From Gordius albopunctatus (Eukaryota): DNA of 64,000 nt. The first letter of the stretch is position 1. Every line of letters begins with the position of its first letter. Below, piece after piece: positions 50,574 to 64,000 of this stretch. Below the pieces are notes generated by a model, which was given only the letters and a program-made list of their open reading frames with translations, did not search any database and was not told where the DNA came from. Where the stretch lies: positions 5,270,001-5,334,000 of the forward strand of contig OZ193909.1 of NCBI GenBank assembly GCA_964276515.1, in the 5' to 3' direction. Made by a program: the position numbers and the translations under genes.

Positions 50574-52303
50574 ATCCCGACAGGTACCAGTGTGTGTAAC
50601 CTTTAGGTGACGCTATTTTAGAGAAACATTTCTCAAAAACTACTGAAGATAAAAACATTTTATAAATTAAATTTGAAAGACTGGATTGGGATAAATCATC
50701 TGATACAAATTTATTACTTCTTCTTCATTGCTTCTTGAATTATACTTGTTCAAAAATCGTAAAAATCGCAATTCCGACCTGCCTTCTTATATTCAATATT
50801 TATGTACACTCAACAATAAGTTTTTGCAACTTAATTTACATATTTAAAATCCGTATAATTTTTCCAAGATCTTGATAGTAATTTAAAATTTATATGAGTA
50901 CTTTAAGGACTTTAAAATTTGCTTCAAAGCTGAAAGTCACCTAAAGGTTACAATGGGCAGAGCTTATGTGCTTAGTGCAACCTTTTTAATGATTTAATTA
51001 TAAGACTATGAAAAAATCCATTAATGATTTTTTTTTCTTGGCAAAAGTACATAGTATAAAGGGGGTGGGGGTAGAAAAGTCAATAATATCAAAAGTTTTC
51101 CTTTTTGACAGCCATAAAATGTATTGGTAAAACAATATTTTCGATTTTCTCTGATTATTTGATAGGAAAAATGGCGGATACATGATATTTATAGATAAAA
51201 TTGTACCTCCTAATATGCCAAATACGGCTAAAATTACTTACATTTGATAATTTTAAAGCGGCCTTAGATAGAGGTATGCATTTCTATAATTCATTCTGAT
51301 TTTATAATACTTTTATAAAATTTAGCCACGATTTTAATCGTAGATGGTGGACTTTTTAAAACTTGGTCCCATTTTCAGGTTTGTAGCAATAAGTCCACCC
51401 TTATAAAAAGTTAAAAGAGATCGAAAATAGAATTATGACTGCCGTTACTCCCATTCAAATAATATAAAACTTGATTATTTTGCTTTAGATATTTAATTTA
51501 TATGCAAAAAACGCACAAATAATTTAAAATTAACGATAGAGAATTTTAAATTTATATAATTTTTTTAACTGGTATTAGTCTCCCAAAAATGTCTAAATGT
51601 TTTGAAAACTTAAGAAATCCTACTCTTTAATTAAATAATATTCAATGGTATGCGTAGAAATCGGTTTCAAGACATAATTATGTCGCTTACTACAATGCCT
51701 ACCAGCATGGGCGCAGGGCAAGGAGGGGCGGCTGCCCGTCTCTGAATCCCAAAAAATGGCTAAAATATGCCGCTCCAAATCATTATTGCCCCTCTCTAAT
51801 TCTAATGACTACACCCATGTCTGCCAGCTCTATTTTCTAAACAAAATCCTTAGGCTCTGCAGTTATTAAAAATGAATTGCCCAAATTATTGTTAAAAATA
51901 GGCCGAATTCATAAGTGAACTCAAAATCTTAGCTTTCCCAAGGTCAGAGACGCGATAGACGGTTTTCAACGAAGAAAGTGAACTCAACGGCTCTGCTCTG
52001 TATACAGCTAAGCAACCACAATTTTATGCCCACATTGATATCCGACCTCACATTTATTGTAGATCATGGTTCCAATCCAATATAATTAACTAACTTTTTG
52101 AATTATCTAAGTCATTTAATAAAATTTCAAAATTAGCCTATTTTTATGCCTCCCAGTTTAACCTTTAGGTGATACCCCTTTATTTCCGGAACTAGGCCAT
52201 TCAAGAATTTTAAAATTGTTTCGTCATCTAGATCATATTGAGATGCCCCAAAAAATTTTATATAAATTGGTTCGGCCGAACCGTTAGTGGTACCTGTCGG
52301 TAT
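50574..52303. mobile_element. Probable non-autonomous TIR DNA transposon, superfamily unassigned
   Basis: 13-bp perfect inverted repeat CCGACAGGTACCA (50577-50589) / TGGTACCTGTCGG (52288-52300); internal TAACCTTTAGGTGA motif three times. Confidence 0.55.
51706..51819. mobile_element. hAT-type MITE, CATGGGCG family
   Basis: CATGGGCGCAG / CTACACCCATG ends; degenerate TSD CCTACCAG / TCTGCCAG. Confidence 0.65.
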
Positions 52304-53366
52304 ATATTCTCTCTATGTTGGCTAAATAGTTGAAAAATTTTGTGTTTAATTAATTTGCCAAAGCAAAATATAAAAGAATGCCTTAATTTTTAATATCGCT
52401 TTGAATTTCTTAGAAAACATAATTGATATAATATTTGCCTTTTGCTCGTGTTTTACCTGCAACGTTATATCCTGATTATGGCTATATGACGATTACAAAC
52501 TTATATAAGCTGACCAAGATATAACCATAGATAATTCTTTCAATACAATTTTGATTGAACGTCTATGTTAAATTATTATCCCGGTTGATTTTGTAAAAGT
52601 GCATTGGATGCAGTTTATTTTTAATTTACAAAAATATGATAATAGCCTTAAGATAAATGTAAAGAATTTGAGGCTATACCCTATTATAGAATTGATTTTG
52701 CACACAGTTTTATTATATTAACATCTTGATACGAATGTTTAGAAATAACTATTCGATCGAAAAGGGCATGTTTGTTAATTATGCTAGATTCAGTAGAGGC
52801 CCAAGGGCGCACTTTAAACTTCACTATTTTAAATAGGGAATACCATACAGATTTAAGTCGTTTAGAGAAATTAACTTCTTATAAACTTGATTTGTAATAT
52901 AGTGACTATGAATGCTCTTTATTGAATGTTTCATGTGTGTTTGTATTTGTTTGCCCAAAAATTATAAGAAACTTGATGTCCAATCAACTTTGACAGATAT
53001 CTTTACATATACAGAAATGCCTTTTAAAGATTTCATATATTATATCATTAATTTTACATTAAAATAAATTTTATTGAATATACAACACTAAGTTGGTTTG
53101 AACGAACTTTAAATAAACCTTTATTCATGCATGCGTATAAAACTAACATAAATAACAATAGTTTTATTTCTTATATATTTAATGAGGTAATTTGGTATCT
53201 CTCTTCCCGATGTCTTGACAGCGCCTACTAGTTTCATTTTTTATTTCTATTTAACATATATGTATAGATATAATTTTAAACAAACACTCATTTAAAAAGT
53301 TTTGCATGTTTTTTGTTAATATTTAAGGCTTTAAAAATAATATGCTTTTAAAATTTAAAAATTAAC

Positions 53367-54014
53367 CTAATATTATCTTTATCCTTTTTTGTTTTAGGCT
53401 CCGTGGGCAAGGGGCGGGTTTTCATATTTACTTGTTTTTGGGCACTGAATAATAAATTTTAAAAGCGATTTCATAACATATTTAAATAGAACAAATTATT
53501 AACAAAATTTACGTCGATTTTTCAAGCCACGACATTCTTTTCCAAAAATTGCCACCTTGAGGCAGTTCTTCGTTAATGTTCGGACATTTGTTGATAAGTT
53601 TTAAACTGAAGTGCAAACAGCGTTATATTATATTTTTTATTTATTTAAAATGTATATACTTTTCGTCGCTTTGGAATTTTTTTATTTTGTTCGCTCTACT
53701 GCTGACATCACTTTTAATAAGGGTTGGATTATTTGACAATTTTGTGGAGGCATCGGTTGTGTAATCTATGTTTTCCATGCTGTATAAAGATTGAGGTGGT
53801 TCGGCACAGCCATTTTGCTTTATTCTCGTTTCCAAGTCTCTTCTAAAATAAATATTTGAAAATTAATATTCAGCGTGCTCTAAGTGTTCGAGTGAATTAC
53901 TTCAATAATTGGATACGGGGTTGATCGGCTGATTTTTTATGGCAATTGCGAATTTCTTTAGGTATCATCGGGATACCATTTAAAAATGCCTCCGAACTCC
54001 AACTATCTATATGC
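53367..54014 (-). CDS. Small 3' exons of the uncharacterised large gene (53901-54014, 53660-53842, 53513-53605, 53367-53444); terminal exon uncertain (~53180-53246)
   Basis: Each exon is bounded by AG/GT and keeps the frame in phase 2; introns are 54-91 bp. Confidence 0.6.
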
Positions 54015-54105
54015 CTATATATTCATTTATATATTTGTTTAATATTGATTCTGCTAAATCTCGTAATTGTAATAACTATTATCATTGATTTTGTGATTAT
54101 CTTAC

Positions 54106-54510
54106 CTGGTTCCATTGCTAGCCAGTCTAGATGCACCATTCCTGGCATCTAAGTTGGTATGATTATCAAAATCGCTGTGCATACTTTTAGGTCTCGGAAT
54201 TTGATTAAAACTACGATCAACTGACACGTCACTACTTTCATTATCGTGATAAAGTATTTGTTGGTGGGGATGGGAATTCTGCTGATTCTTTTTGTAATAT
54301 AAAGGTTTTTCCAACATTTTTACTCTGGGCATTTGTATACGGGGAATGAATTCGACCGGTGGTTTTTGAACATCATGTCCAACTTCTGATTGGTCAGTGC
54401 TGTAGTAATTTTCTATATGATTGCCTTGTTTAAAATTTGGATTCAACCAATCTTGATGATTGACGAATGCGCCTTGGTTATGAGCATTTTGATGTAGATT
54501 TTGTTGCGAC
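54106..54510 (-). CDS. Exon of the uncharacterised large gene
   Basis: atcag acceptor, gtaag donor, in frame with neighbouring exons. Confidence 0.8.
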
Positions 54511-54740
54511 CTGATTGATAAGCCAAAAAGAAATCAACAATATGTATTGAGTCAAATTTCGTAATTTGATATTTAGTACCATAAATACAATCCCAAAAAA
54601 CATTTATCTTATTATAATGTACAAGTGTAATACTCAAAAATTTAAAATAAACAATTCAAACTGTTAGGTTCAAGTTCTTAGGGATATATAAGCTAGGTAA
54701 TCTAACAAAAATTTTGCATAATAAAAAAATCTCGTTTTAC

Positions 54741-55290
54741 CTTTTCATAAAATGTGCAGAGTTATTGTTGGCACTATGTGTCGGTAAATTTTTTTTGAAA
54801 AATACATTGTGAACTCCCTCCATTTCTTTGAATCGGTACACCGGATTATTTGGGTGAGGTCTCTGCTTTCGGTTTAGATTCCAGCCCGGTTTCGGCGATG
54901 GGCGTAGCATTAAAGGGATTTCTTCTCTCCCATAATGGCCACCACCACCAACCTTGTAAGCAGGGTGAGGAAAATGTTTATCAACAACCGAATAACTAGT
55001 GCAATTTGAATTATCACCCCTCCTGCCCATATTCAACTCTGAATTGCTGTTATCATAATATACATAATTTGCGTTGGGAACCATTATGTAGCGTTGGTCA
55101 AAATGGGGTCCGGACTCACACTCTTGAGGATATTGTCTTGAATTTATAACTTCGTGTTCATTTTGATTTGTAAACCATTCCCTTCGGATCCTGGATTGTT
55201 CTTCTACTCTCGGACAAAACTTAGGAAAGTAACAGGGTGTCACTTCGCGATTTAATGTTTGTATTGCTGTTTGATAAGATTCACGGGATT
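54741..55290 (-). CDS. Exon of the uncharacterised large gene
   Basis: catag acceptor, gtaaa donor, phase 1 to phase 2, open frame. Confidence 0.8.
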
Positions 55291-55598
55291 CTATGAAAAT
55301 TTATTTATTGTAAGCTGTATATGCAAACTATAATATTAAAACAAAGGCCTTACAATAACATTTGTAATGTTTTGTATACTTAAAGTATTTCAGCTCAGAT
55401 CGAAAACGCATAAACAAAACTATCAGACTGAACTTTGTTAATTTTTTCTAACCAAATAATTTTGTACGCCAATCAACTTAAATTTTAAAGAGCAGATTTC
55501 TAATATTTTCAAAAGGACGGCCATTTAAGATTCGTGCCTCATAGATATATTGAATATTTACACTTTTTGCATTATTTTTAACTTAAAATAAATTTAAC

Positions 55599-58212
55599 CC
55601 TGATTTTTAGATATTCTTGGATCCTCTATCAGACGCATGTGAGGGTTGGTTAGGCAAGGTTGTGAGCGATTTCTCCAATTTTCTTGTATGAGCACTTTAT
55701 CAAGTTGTCTTTGATTTTGTATGTATGCTTCCATGTCGTTGAATACGTAATTAGGAGTTTCTTGTGCATCAGTGGGTTCCGATCTATATGGAAAGCCTGA
55801 TGAAAGCATCGGTCTGCCAAGTCTATTAATGTCATGGCTTTTAATTTGATCGTAAAATACGGCTTGGTTCGAGGGCATTCGAGAAGTTTCCATCTTGGTC
55901 CCTTTATTTCTATCGTATCTTCCTGCGCCTGGTCTAGGAAGGGGTTCGTAAGAAACTGCGGAACTGAGTTTGTTATTAAGTTTAGATTGGTAGGCGGGAA
56001 GCTTCCAAGCTTTAGCCCTAATGTCCTCTATGTCCTCGTAAATGTCAGAGTTGTAGAGGTAACTGAATTGATTGTTTATAAATTTTGAGGTTACGGATGT
56101 ATTGCTATCGCTCTCGTCGCTAACCCCGTCGGACCCTATATCTGAATCATCTTTAAATGCGCGATTTGAACGAGGCCTGGGAAGATTAGAACGGCAATTG
56201 GTGCTTTCGTTCGGATTTTTTTTCAGGGTAGATGCTGGCTTCTCCACCGGTCTGCGAAGTGCCTTTTCTTTTTTTAAAATCCAGTTACCGTTTCTGACGA
56301 AATAAATGTTATCGTAAGATTTAGAGCATAAGCTGCCTTCCCTCAAGCGCATAGCCTTTAGCTTGGAAAGATCGGGATTTGAGTTTTTACATTGGTAATA
56401 ATTCATGGGGTATTTGCCGTAACTAACTTCTTGGTTACGAAAGGGAGACCCATACCTCAAAGGCTTGTCGGTTTGTTTAGGGGAATGAAAAAATATGTTT
56501 TGGGCCTTTGTACGTTTGGCTTCGTTATTTTCTTCTGAATGACTACTATACCCGGTATCTTCGTTTGGTTGTTTTCTTTCGTCCGCCGTCCACTCATTCA
56601 AAAGAACACTGTTTGCCTTACCTGAATCGTAGGAACACTTTTTTTGCTGCCCAAAGCTATCTAACGTCATTTTTGAAACAATGTTATGAGTTACGACCGC
56701 AGGATATGCCTCGATAACTATATCCTTGCCCAGAGGATAATTTGTATAGGATTTCGGTTGGGGATTTATTTTTTCTTTATTAAATTCCATTATGTCACTC
56801 AAAGAGCTGCTTCCGTTTCTAGATTGTTTTGAGGAACCCGTTTCTTCCATTGTTGAATTTGAACTTCGACCACTATCTTCAGAGGGAGCCGGTGAAATTA
56901 TCTCACCAACATTGCAAATTCCGTCATTGTGGTTCGAGGACAAATTTTGAGAGGATAGAGATTTGGGTATGTTAATTTTCGCGACGTCATCACTGTTCAT
57001 GCCAGGTTTGTTGTCAATTTGGCCATCATGAGTGTCATCAAGTTCATCTTTAAAATTAGAATGGAGGAGCATTTTATAAAGGGAAAAGGCGCTTTGCGAT
57101 CTCTTACATTTGCTGTTGATAGGTCGTCTCTTCCCCCGTTTATTTTCTTCTACCCAAACAATCGGTTTAGCTTTAGGTTGTGGATGTTCTCCGTTAACGG
57201 GTTTAGGTTGTTTGCTAACCGTAGGCTCTACGAACTTCGCAAACATTTTCCATTGTGTTTCTTTTGGCGCTTTATCAGTGCCCAGCTTAGTAGCTTTTTT
57301 CAAAGTGCTCTTGAGGTCCCGCTCATGTGTGTCGTTTTGACTTAAAATAGGGTTGACATAGGTTGGTGACGTTAATTTACGATATGAACTTAGCTGCGAT
57401 TCCAGGAGGGATGGTGATTCAGGGGGCTCGGGATCATGCCTATTTCCATAAGGATCTCGAGAAAAGACGAACGATTTGCTTATGCTTATTTTGGCACCAC
57501 TAGATGCATCTTCCGATGCATAGTTGCTATCGCTAGTACAAAATGGTGAGGATCCGTAACTAGTATAATAGTGTCCGTTAACGTTGTAAGCCCCTCTATA
57601 GTCGGTATCCGAGTTTTTTGAGGAGTAGTAGTTAGTAACTGTCGCAACATGTGTGCCATGATCGGAGGACAGCCTGGATAAAACTTTTTTTGAAGGTACA
57701 TTTTCTTTGTCGTATTGCGTTTTACCTCCGTTATTGTGTAAGGATGTCAGTGGAGTGGGCTTTATAGTGCTGGAGCAACTAGTGCGCCTCCCTATGTTAT
57801 CTCCATTATTGGGACGTTCTAAGTGACCGTTATCTTGTTCGCCTTTGTTCTTTCGCCTTTTGTTAAAAAAAAGGCTTCTCCCATGACTTTTTTTATCGTA
57901 GGAAGATACTTGGTCGGTATCGGAATTGTCATGTGCATTTCGCGAAGAGATATGACGCCCTAGCTTATTCATATCCGTTTCATTGATATGCGAGTCACTC
58001 GATAATTGCCACAAAGAATTTGTAGTTATTGAAGGTGGATCAAATGATAGGGAATCGACGTTGGGTAAGGTGGCGTCTAGATTCAAGGAAAAATACTTGG
58101 GATTTTTATAAGTTTGCTGAGAGCAGTTGCCTTGAAAGGGGTGTTGTTGTAACAGAGTTTCTTTCGAACTTTTCTGTCGCGAATCGGCATTACGATAGTT
58201 TTTGGGTAATCC
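55599..58212 (-). CDS. 2.6-kb exon of an uncharacterised S/N/K/P-rich, probably disordered protein
   Basis: ~871 open codons in an AT-rich genome; cacag acceptor in phase 0 with the upstream exon; no domain recognised. Confidence 0.88.
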
Positions 58213-59834
58213 CTGTGTGATTAAAAATAAAACCTTAATTAAAAATTACTACATCCAAAAACAATATATAAAATGCCTGGCAACTGGTAGGATATTAACT
58301 GTATAGACAGGAAGATAAAATAATCGATGTCATTTTTAATAGAGTTATCATGAAAAGTTATTTTTTATACTACTCTAACGTCCACCTTGTTTGAAATCGA
58401 TATGAGAACGTCTTAAAAAATTTATGGTACTATTTTAGTAATATTTTACTTATGAGAAGCGGTTCAATATAATTATTGTGGATGCAATAATTTTCTCGAC
58501 ATCTCACCTAATGACCTACATAACCTCAACACTCACACCTACTCGATGACGAAACAATATCATCCCTGTGCTCGTCTAATTAACTTCACAATATTTTAAA
58601 ACTTTCCAATTTAAAAAATAAATGGATACTGCCATAAATCGTTTAAAACTCAACTTCGTAAAATAGTGTCTTTGGTTTATTTATAATAAAGTACTGCAGT
58701 TGATCAAAGCAGAACATATTGAAATATAAATAATAATCTCCAATACATTAATTAATGATTTTATCTGTCCATTGCTAATCTTAAAATAACTGATGCCACT
58801 ACATCATAATAAAGATTTTAGATTCAAATTGGTTAAAAAATTTTAGCAAAAGTTTACCAATACTTATATTGAATTTATACGGTAGCTTAAGTTTAGAAAA
58901 TTACATAGTGAACCTGAATTTAATTTACAAGGCCACAATATTTCATGTGTGCCATTCCTTCCACCATAAAAGAAGGAAGACGCAAAGTCTATGCGATGTA
59001 AAGGCAATGGAACAAAGAGGTTAATTGTGCTTAAATGACAAATATAGGATGTATAAAATTGACATTTTTGCTCATTATTTATTAAAGACGCGCCAACATA
59101 TATAAAAATTATCATCTGCATATATTCGGCGTCGTATATTACGAAAATGAATTTTATAACGGACATGCTTACCATAAGATAAATAAAACATATTTTTTGA
59201 TAGTCTTCAAGAAAGGATTTTATAAATAAACCTATGTTAATTTAAAAAGGTACACTTGATTTCTTTCAGGAGGGGGTGGCAGAAATACCCCCCCCCCTCC
59301 CCTCTAAATTTTTATTTTAAAAATCTGTGGGATTTACACGTAATTTGCAAATCTTAAATTAAAAATTGTGAATAACCTCTCTCTACTGTGTGATTATAAC
59401 AAAAACAGTAAATAATGCGCTTTAATTATAAAATTATTTGTGGAGGCTAATACATTCGTTTCAAATAATTTTTATTTAACATATTTAAAAAATACATAGC
59501 AAAATTTAATGGTTAAAAACAAAAAACCTTGAATTCTATTACCTCTATAATATTTAAGATATTAGTTTAAACATTAATTTAAATAAAAAAAAATGTGTAA
59601 TATAATATTTAAAAATCAAAGAAATCAGTATGGCCTATTTGTTATCAAGTTACGTAAACTCGCTCAAAAAGAACGTGAGAATGTATGTGATGATTGATGA
59701 AATCCTATACTATGTCCAAACGAAGTTAATAGTCAACTTTATAAAAAGCATTTCTTTATAAAAGAAGTGCAAGTTTCGCACCTATATTTATTTTATGCGT
59801 TAATAAAATTTTATAAAAATTAGCTATTTTTTAC

Positions 59835-60110
59835 CTGAGTTTTCAAATGGTTATTATGCAGAGAGGGTCCAAAACCATTGAAATTTGAGCTGGAGCCGAC
59901 TTTATAAATGTCAGTATTGGATTGGGCCTTTGATATTTGTTGCGAATGACGTTTTAAAAATTTGCTATCGTTTCTAAATTTTTGTGGTCGATCGGTGATT
60001 TGGTGGTGATTCAATCTATTACCATTGAAATGTCTGGAATCAATGGAATTTTGAGAATAAGCCATCGTCGTTCCATCGTAGTATTTCACGTTGGGATGAG
60101 AATTACCCAT
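59835..60110 (-). CDS. Probable first coding exon of the uncharacterised large gene (MGNSHP...)
   Basis: ATG at 60110 with an upstream in-frame stop; CAG/gtaaa donor in phase 0 joins 58212 in frame. Confidence 0.7.
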
Positions 60111-63100
60111 GTTTGGTGAGAATCTTTCTGCCCAAAAATTAATAACGTATCATCTGGAAATAATAAATAAAATTGATGTTTATTAAAACTGTTTCGCCTT
60201 TAAATTATAAATTTAAATAATCTCGAATGTTAGTGTTTGTGACTGAGCTTCAATAAATGTAAATGTCATGAAGATAATTAAGTAAATATGTGTTGGAGAA
60301 TAGTGGGGGGAATAGGTTTTGAGAATGTAAGAGGAATATTGGAGTGGTGTGAAATGGAAAATTTATAGGTAAACGCACAAACGCCCGAATGTCTGTCTAG
60401 TCAGAGGGAAATTATATTAGTTGGGAATGCATAACTTTTTGAGGTTATTGATTTCCAATGTTATATGTTAATGGAGGTATCTAACAAAAGTTAGATAAGA
60501 AGGTTCTCAAACGAAATGGAAATCATTTAATTATGCTTTACCACAAATATCAATTTAAGCAATATCGTTGAGTGCACCCTTTAATACTACCAGATTAATA
60601 ATATATTCCGTCAGACTTCTTAAACATCCCTCTTTCCCTTATATCCCAGTCCACCCTTAACTTATTGACCTTACGATTACGAGTCTGTTTAAGTTTACAG
60701 ATCTTACCTAACTTATTTTAATTCGACTCAAGGCTCACAAATGTCCACAAAACAAGTGTCAGCATTAAACGGGGTCATCATAATCTCATGATGGGAGAGA
60801 AGGGAGACAACATCGTTTCACTCATGCATAAAATCTATCTTCTTCGCCACGTCAGCCGGACACAGATATTTGACTTTAAGTTTCAAGAAGGGTCGTCAGC
60901 AAATCTTAGCAAAAATTAACATAAATTATGATGGCAGAGGTGAGGGGTAAAAAGTATAGTCGTTCTCAAGTCATGATGAGTTTAGTAAGAGTAAGAAGCG
61001 CGGTCAAATGATGACGCGGTAGGGTGATTGATATGAGTTAAGTAAATGCTATCATGATTCGATAAGTATCGAGGGGCGAAGTGTTAAAGTGACCTACAAT
61101 GTATTCATTGAGAAAGCTCTGTCCGTGGAATTTGATTGAAACCATATTTCATATTAAACATATAACTAACTATATAGTGAGCATGAGGTAAGAATTTAAA
61201 AATTGCCTAACTATTATAATTACAAATATATATTTTGTATTAAGATTAGACTGGTGATATAATATCTTTTATCTAAAGTTATATAGCTTGGATCCCTGCA
61301 ATAGTTAAAATGGTGATATTTAATTTAAAAAAAAGCTAACATCAAGATATTAGCAAATATTATTATTGACACAATTACTATATGGATTTGAATAAAATTA
61401 ATAATTTTGCTTATTAGGAATGCAGCAATGCTAATTGCTACTTTAAATATAATTTCTTAAACCCTAAGCAATTTCTTAGAATCTTAACTTTTCCAAGAGG
61501 TGAGTGAATGATAAAATTAAGGGATTAATAGTTAGGAAGTATAACATAATAAGCAGTTTACAATTTTTAACTCTTTGAAATAAAACCATGCCGTGGGGTG
61601 GGGCATGGGCGTAGCGTAGCCAGGATTTAAATTAGAGGATGCAAAAAGTTTCTAAATTTATGGACTGGACAAAGAATTTTTCGCAATTTTACATATAACT
61701 TTTATATGATTGTCTAAAATTGGGGAAGCTGCTATTCTTTCAGGCTTCCCCGGCAACGCATCCATCCTCTCTTGGTCAAAAAACGCATTGAATATGGTCG
61801 AATAAAAAAATAAATTTGCCCTTCGTCGTTTAATTAAAAAGATCTCTACTTAAAAACACCATTGCCATTAATTAAACAAATTCAAAACATTTGAAATTGT
61901 AAAGAATGTTTTAATGTATTTTTTTGGAAATTCCAGTAGAATGTGATCAATTTGATAAACCATCGAATTCTCAATTGGGTCGTCGAAGTTAAGATATGTC
62001 GTTTACTATGGTGATGAATTCAACAGACTAGTGTTATGTGGGTCAAGTATTGGTTGCAACCCTGAAGCATTCATAGACTCTTGGGCAACTAAGTCTCATA
62101 TAACCTATACCTCTACTTTTTTTCTCGCCAAGAAATTTCACGGGGAAATAATAAGTAAACTTTACAACCTAAGCGAATGACATGAAATGTGTTGGAAAGT
62201 CAGGGGCTTGATTTATATTTATTTGGTAAATTCTTTTAAATGTGAACTTTTCTATTCAAAAATTAAAATTTATAATATAATATTATTTAAGAACACCCTC
62301 CCTTGTATTTTAAACACCTCTTTCACAAATGAATCTTCAAAACTAAAATTTGTCTTTATTATGAATTTCTCCGTGAGCTATAATTTTGGCATATTACTAA
62401 AAGAAGTCGGCCTATATTGTATATTCAATATTGTTATTAAAGGTCTAAAAATGGCAAATTTTAAAACCAGTTTAAACAATAATCTAAGCTACCTTATCCC
62501 TTTCTTAACCGAGTGTGTAGGCCAATTTAAAATGTTAGGAGATTTTAAAACAGTTATACTAGAATTACTCTTAAATGACGACAGATATGTAATAACAGCA
62601 ATAATGCAATGATTTTTTTGAGGGAGTTATGCTGACGAAGTTAACACAGCGTAAAGATTTAACGCAATTAAATCTTAATTCCGCAACTTTATTATGTCAG
62701 ATATCTTTGCGCTTGCTATGTATAACAGGAAGTTTAATAACTAACTCTAGTACCTTTGTAGGGCAGAGTTAATAGTTTTACTCTATTTAATTTTCACGAA
62801 CCATGATTCTCCAGGAAATTCCTTGCTAATTTATGACTTTAATTTTTACTTGACGCTGCAATTTACAGTTAACAAAGGATATTTTTGCAACTCATTTCAA
62901 AATCATGTTATAAAAGCCGCAACTACAATATCTCTTGTGCCACCCTAATATTTGAACAAGACCAATTTTAAAATATTTTACGATGTTAATCGATGGAACT
63001 GATACGTGGGAGCAAATACACTTAACAATGGCTATTTGGATGTTTAACCTCATCCAATTCATAAACAAGAATTTATAAGGACTAAAATTATTTCGGGTAC

Positions 63101-64000
63101 TATAGTCGTTTGTAGGTCATAAAATAATAAAACTTTGCTATATAATGAAGCAAATAAAGTTCGTAAAAAATTATGAGAACTAAGATTATTACAAGCTCAG
63201 GCAGGGCAGGATAACTAATCACTGTTTAGGATCCGCTCTGGCCTAAGATCAAACGTATGTTTTACATTGAGGGGCGCTTTAAAACTATTTACTAAGGATG
63301 AGCACGTTAAATATAGTTGTAAAATCTGGGTGCTGGGATACTTTTAATAAGCCTTATTCAAAATAATAATACTAAGTATAAATAATCACGAATTAAATCG
63401 CGGTGACTATGTATTTTTAGAACGAAATGGTTGTTGCAGATGAGGGTCTGGTTATTAAGTTGTAAGAGATTGAAGTCTTTTGTATCTGAGCAATTTTCAA
63501 ATATTTATACATTTTCTAGCTGGTAAAGATGCGTTAATATGTTATAATTTTAATGGCGTCAATTAATAAAAGAACATAAAACTTAACTTTATACAAATTA
63601 TCTAAATATCAATTCAATGTATTTCGCACATTTGGTTGATTTGATTGAGTGATTTGTAATTTGCGAACTTAAGAAAAGCCATATCTCTCAGAAATCAAGA
63701 ATTTTTTCATAAAGAAAAGATATGTTAAAAAACTATTTTTATAAAAAATTTCTTTTCCAATATTAGGGTTTTTTAGATACATAGTTATCATTAAATAATA
63801 CTGTTAGCAATTATATTGAAAATATAAAGTGTTATGCTATAATAAAATATCATAGCGATCATTTTATTATAAATTTCATAAATGAAGATTCCAAAGGAAT
63901 ATTTAAACATAGTGTTTTGATCTATTAGTACCCTCCATAAATAATGGAGGACCAATTCCATTATATAAAAAGAATAGATTATTTTCTACGCATAAATTAG

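Noticed and set aside
50601..50618. CTTTAGGTGACGCTATTT resembles the SP6 phage promoter (vector contamination?)
   Set aside because: Several mismatches, no other vector sequence, and it is part of a motif repeated within a native element
60350..60900. Minus-strand traces resembling a Penelope-like element N-terminus (KVNKLR, IINL...GK, FRLRTF)
   Set aside because: Many stops and no RT or GIY-YIG motif seen; a tBLASTn/HMM search would be needed
1..64000. CRISPR arrays, rRNA, intact tRNA genes, prokaryotic operons
   Set aside because: None seen; the only tRNA-like sequence is the degenerate SINE head at ~33245-33317

Overview
AT-rich, intron-containing, repeat-dense window from an invertebrate metazoan genome; nothing here looks prokaryotic. 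There are three host genes, all on the minus strand: an intronless paraxis/scleraxis-class bHLH gene (21.2-21.9 kb), a spliced SIAH/seven-in-absentia E3 ligase (five coding exons found, 29.4-33.8 kb; first exon not located), and a ~1,440-aa spliced gene with no domain I recognise (53.4-60.1 kb). The rest is largely transposon-derived. It includes two RTE-clade LINE copies (one split by a hAT element and a Ty3/gypsy element), a second decayed gypsy, many non-autonomous hAT elements and MITEs with 8-bp TSDs, and a tRNA-headed SINE sharing its 3' tail with the RTE. The most unusual feature is not evident from the ORF track: a decayed ~3.2-kb minus-strand retroelement at ~2.3-5.6 kb. It has an unknown ORF1 and an RT (YLDD) plus RNase H of DIRS/hepadnavirus-like type. 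It shows no integrase, protease or tyrosine recombinase, and it has short direct terminal repeats, i.e. a candidate HEART-like (hepadnavirus-like) retroelement. All family assignments come from manual translation and recalled motifs; no database search was run.
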